Shown piece by piece: positions 61,626-64,000 of a stretch of 64,000 nucleotides of DNA (its first letter is position 1; every line of letters starts with the position of its first letter). The notes beneath the pieces are model-generated. The model was not told the DNA's origin. It made no database searches and saw only the letters and a list, made by a program, of their open reading frames with translations. A program made the translations under genes and the position numbers. The stretch comes from Candidatus Staskawiczbacteria bacterium (GTDB lineage Bacteria > Patescibacteriota > Minisyncoccia > Minisyncoccales > Staskawiczbacteraceae). The DNA lies in contig CAILLM010000009.1 of NCBI GenBank assembly GCA_903835075.1, forward strand, positions 25,274 through 89,273. The letters are read 5' to 3'.

Positions 61626-64000
61626 CTACTTAGTTAAATTAGCTATTTGTAGAGTTAAAAGTCGCACAGCTTCTATTAGCAAAGGGATGAGTTGTTGTTT
61701 AATTTGTGTAATAAGTTGAATTTTTTGTTGTAACGGGCCTGTGATTGGATCCTCGGTTTTTGGAATTATCACCGTGTCAGCAACTATTGGAGAAAAGTTT
61801 GCTAAAATTGTGTGAGACTGAGTAACGTTAGTAAATGTATAGGTTGATTTGGCGCCAACCGAAATATTATTTACCAATACTTCGGCAATTTGGTATCCCG
61901 TATTAGGTGTAATATTGAAGGTCGCAGAACCACCCTGTGCAATGTTTTGACTACCGGGGCTTATTGAGCCATGCGGAGTAACGTAAACTGAGATTGGATA
62001 AGATGTTACACCGCCTCCGGCTGCTCGGGTTACTACAATTGTATATGTGTTTGTTGTCACTCCATCTTGGGCAGTAACTACTGTTGTGATTGTGTTATTT
62101 CCAACATCTAGGGTAATGGCTCCTGATGCCGCGCCGCTTGTTACCGGTGTTCCGTTTACTGTGACTGTGGCATTGGCTTGGTTAACTGTTGGAGTAACGG
62201 TTAAACTTGTGACTCCATTGCCAACACTGGCAGTATATGAAGTAGCACTAGATGAAAATGCTGGGCTTAAAGTCCCTTGGGAAATTGTGAGATTAGAGAG
62301 GGTGGCGTCTGCAGACAAAACCGATTCACTGAATGTTACAGCCCAGTTATAAAGGTTATTACCCATCGCAGTAGGAACACTTGCATCTTGGTATAATGCT
62401 TGGGTAGTGTCGCTGTCGCGTAAATTTCCTCTTGGTGAGCCGGTAACGTGAGCACCAAATGCAGAATCTACGCTTGCAGTATAAGCATATCTTAAAACTG
62501 GATTAGTTCCCGTTGGTGTAGTAGATAAAGTAACTTGAACAGTATCTGCTGAAGTAATTGCAACAGATGATATTGTGGCACTACTAGTGTCATCTGCATA
62601 TTCAAAACCATAGTTGGTTTGTGCATCAACAGCTGTTGTGTCAAATTGAAGGGCACCTACGGGTACATTAAATTTAGCTGTTATTATGTTTCCACTTCTA
62701 CTAATTACTTTTGGAGAAAGTGGTGTCCATGGTCTGCCATCAACAACAACCTGTTTATATACTTTTCCAAAATATTCACCAAGTCTTCTATATCCATAAT
62801 TTGTTATATGAGAACCAGGTACATAATCAAATATATACATAGGTGTCACAAGTACAATTTTATTAGGTTGCGCCTTATTGGCTAAATACTGGCCAATAGC
62901 CACGTGAGGGACGAGGTTTCCCCATTTATTCCAAGAACTCATTTGATCGGTAAATAATGGAATAGCTTGTGATTGGCCAGTTATAGCCTGTGTGTCTGTT
63001 TGATAGTCGCCCTGCCATTGTAATAAATAATCCCTATACTGATTGGCTGTAGTTACACCATTCTCATCGGTTTCGCCATGAATAGTTGTTACCGCTGTAG
63101 CAACAAGTGTTTTACCTGCTGCAGCAGATAATGAGTTGGCGGCAGTTGCTTGCGCCATTCCATTATTGTATGGAGTAGTCCCCTTTTTTAATCCACTATA
63201 GCCCGTTGAACCAACACCATGTAAGCCAATTATTAATGGATAATTAGTTTGAGTTGCATTTGTAGTATAATTTGCAAGGGCACTAGACATAGTTTCAACA
63301 TTTCCACCTCCACCTGTGTTGTCTGCCCCAGTGGCAGGCTCTGTTAGAGGTATAAGTGCCGTGTTTGATGCATTTGGCATTTGGTTGTTAAATGGTTGCG
63401 TTGTAGTGAGTGATGGTGTGCCCATATAGCCTACCGACAAACTTTGTCCCGTTGAAAGAATTAAATGATTTACTGTTGAAGCATTGGGTATAGCGGTAAC
63501 TGTTGTCGTTGGCGCGCTTGAGCCAGTTGCATTAACCGCACTTATTCTAAAATCATAACTTAGTCCATTCGTGAGTCCTGTAACAGCGCTACTTGTGCCG
63601 GTTGGACTAGCGAATTGTATCCATGTTGGCGATGATGAAAGCTTATATTCAACAAGATATGAAGATATAGGAATATTGCCATTACTTACACTTGTCCATG
63701 TCAGATTTACTTGCCCGTCATTTGCAGCACCAATTACGTTCGTTGGAGTTGGCGGTACTGATGATGGCCCATTTAAGGAAAAGTTAGTAAAAGTGGACGT
63801 AATTCCCGTTCCGAGAGTCTGGAGCCAAAAATTTTTGCTTGTGAAAGCGGTGGTTCCCGAAATTGAAGCATTCGGAGTGACTGCACCATTTAAATAGACA
63901 TCTGCTCCACCGGCCTGTTTTATAACAAGCCTAATCGTTACGGGTGTGTTTATCGCACAAGAATATCCTGTGGCAGTAGCGGTTGTTGTGGCACCCGATG
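61626..64000 (-). CDS. large surface protein, 5'-truncated by the window edge (Fn3-like, GQS-motif esterase-like, cadherin-like and B-repeat-like domains)
   Basis: My own translation shows the frame stays open from 63440 to 64000 (…YDFRISAVNATGSS…NHLILSTGQSLSVGYMG…), so the track start at 63440 (TTG) is not the true start. The C-terminal half has ATLSNLTISQGTLSPAFSSSATSYT… and YPISVYVTPHGSISPG… modules. Confidence 0.6.
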   Translation of the reverse strand, partial: SGATTTATATGYSCAINTPVTIRLVIKQAGGADVYLNGAVTPNASISGTTAFTSKNFWLQTLGTGITSTFTNFSLNGPSSVPPTPTNVIGAANDGQVNLTWTSVSNGNIPISSYLVEYKLSSSPTWIQFASPTGTSSAVTGLTNGLSYDFRISAVNATGSSAPTTTVTAIPNASTVNHLILSTGQSLSVGYMGTPSLTTTQPFNNQMPNASNTALIPLTEPATGADNTGGGGNVETMSSALANYTTNATQTNYPLIIGLHGVGSTGYSGLKKGTTPYNNGMAQATAANSLSAAAGKTLVATAVTTIHGETDENGVTTANQYRDYLLQWQGDYQTDTQAITGQSQAIPLFTDQMSSWNKWGNLVPHVAIGQYLANKAQPNKIVLVTPMYIFDYVPGSHITNYGYRRLGEYFGKVYKQVVVDGRPWTPLSPKVISRSGNIITAKFNVPVGALQFDTTAVDAQTNYGFEYADDTSSATISSVAITSADTVQVTLSTTPTGTNPVLRYAYTASVDSAFGAHVTGSPRGNLRDSDTTQALYQDASVPTAMGNNLYNWAVTFSESVLSADATLSNLTISQGTLSPAFSSSATSYTASVGNGVTSLTVTPTVNQANATVTVNGTPVTSGAASGAITLDVGNNTITTVVTAQDGVTTNTYTIVVTRAAGGGVTSYPISVYVTPHGSISPGSQNIAQGGSATFNITPNTGYQIAEVLVNNISVGAKSTYTFTNVTQSHTILANFSPIVADTVIIPKTEDPITGPLQQKIQLITQIKQQLIPLLIEAVRLLTLQIANLTK

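Noticed and set aside
63571-63897. Plus-strand 108-aa ORF
   Set aside because: It is antisense to the minus-strand frame, which stays open to the window edge and encodes recognisable Fn3-like and esterase-like sequence.

Overview
This is an AT-rich, tightly packed bacterial window. Hand counts of sampled 60-nt stretches give about 30% GC. The backbone resembles a small-genome, Gram-positive-type or CPR/Patescibacteria-like organism. That placement is an inference from mostly Shine-Dalgarno-less starts, a peptidoglycan gene set (murC, mraY, murD, ftsW, murG, two D-Ala-D-Ala carboxypeptidases), four aminoacyl-tRNA synthetase genes, a sortase and very large repeat-rich surface proteins. I can support about 60 CDS, one tRNA-Ala(GGC), a T-box leader, a SAM-I riboswitch upstream of metK and many hairpin+T-run terminators. 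I saw no rRNA gene and no CRISPR array.

The backbone is interrupted by short GC-richer modules (about 45-50% GC in sampled stretches). Each has its own strong terminator. They are a pur gene fragment, a Zn-ribbon mini-ORF, a tRNA-adjacent GreA-like pair, a lone asd, a 468-aa orphan and several small secreted or Cys-rich ORFs.

Most interesting observations:
1. A 7.8-kb accessory block (42.3-50.1 kb) carries msrA, a SOUL-family gene, a type II R-M pair, a HEPN-signature orphan, msrB, Fic, YdeI and a tyrosine recombinase. It is partitioned by five perfect copies of an 11-nt motif (ATTGTGCGACA), mostly placed just after stop codons. The end copies are inverted, and a near copy sits in the recombinase leader.
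2. A 983-aa fusion joins a PP-loop domain, a complete MurD-like ligase and a second MurD C-terminal domain.
3. A G7 tract separates the signal peptide from the body of a roughly 1,090-aa surface protein.
4. A long-hairpin element of about 80-90 nt occurs in two copies, with conserved ends and divergent interiors.
5. A T-box leader is now followed by a GC-rich Zn-ribbon ORF rather than directly by tyrS.

All functional calls rest on motif recognition by eye. No database search was possible.
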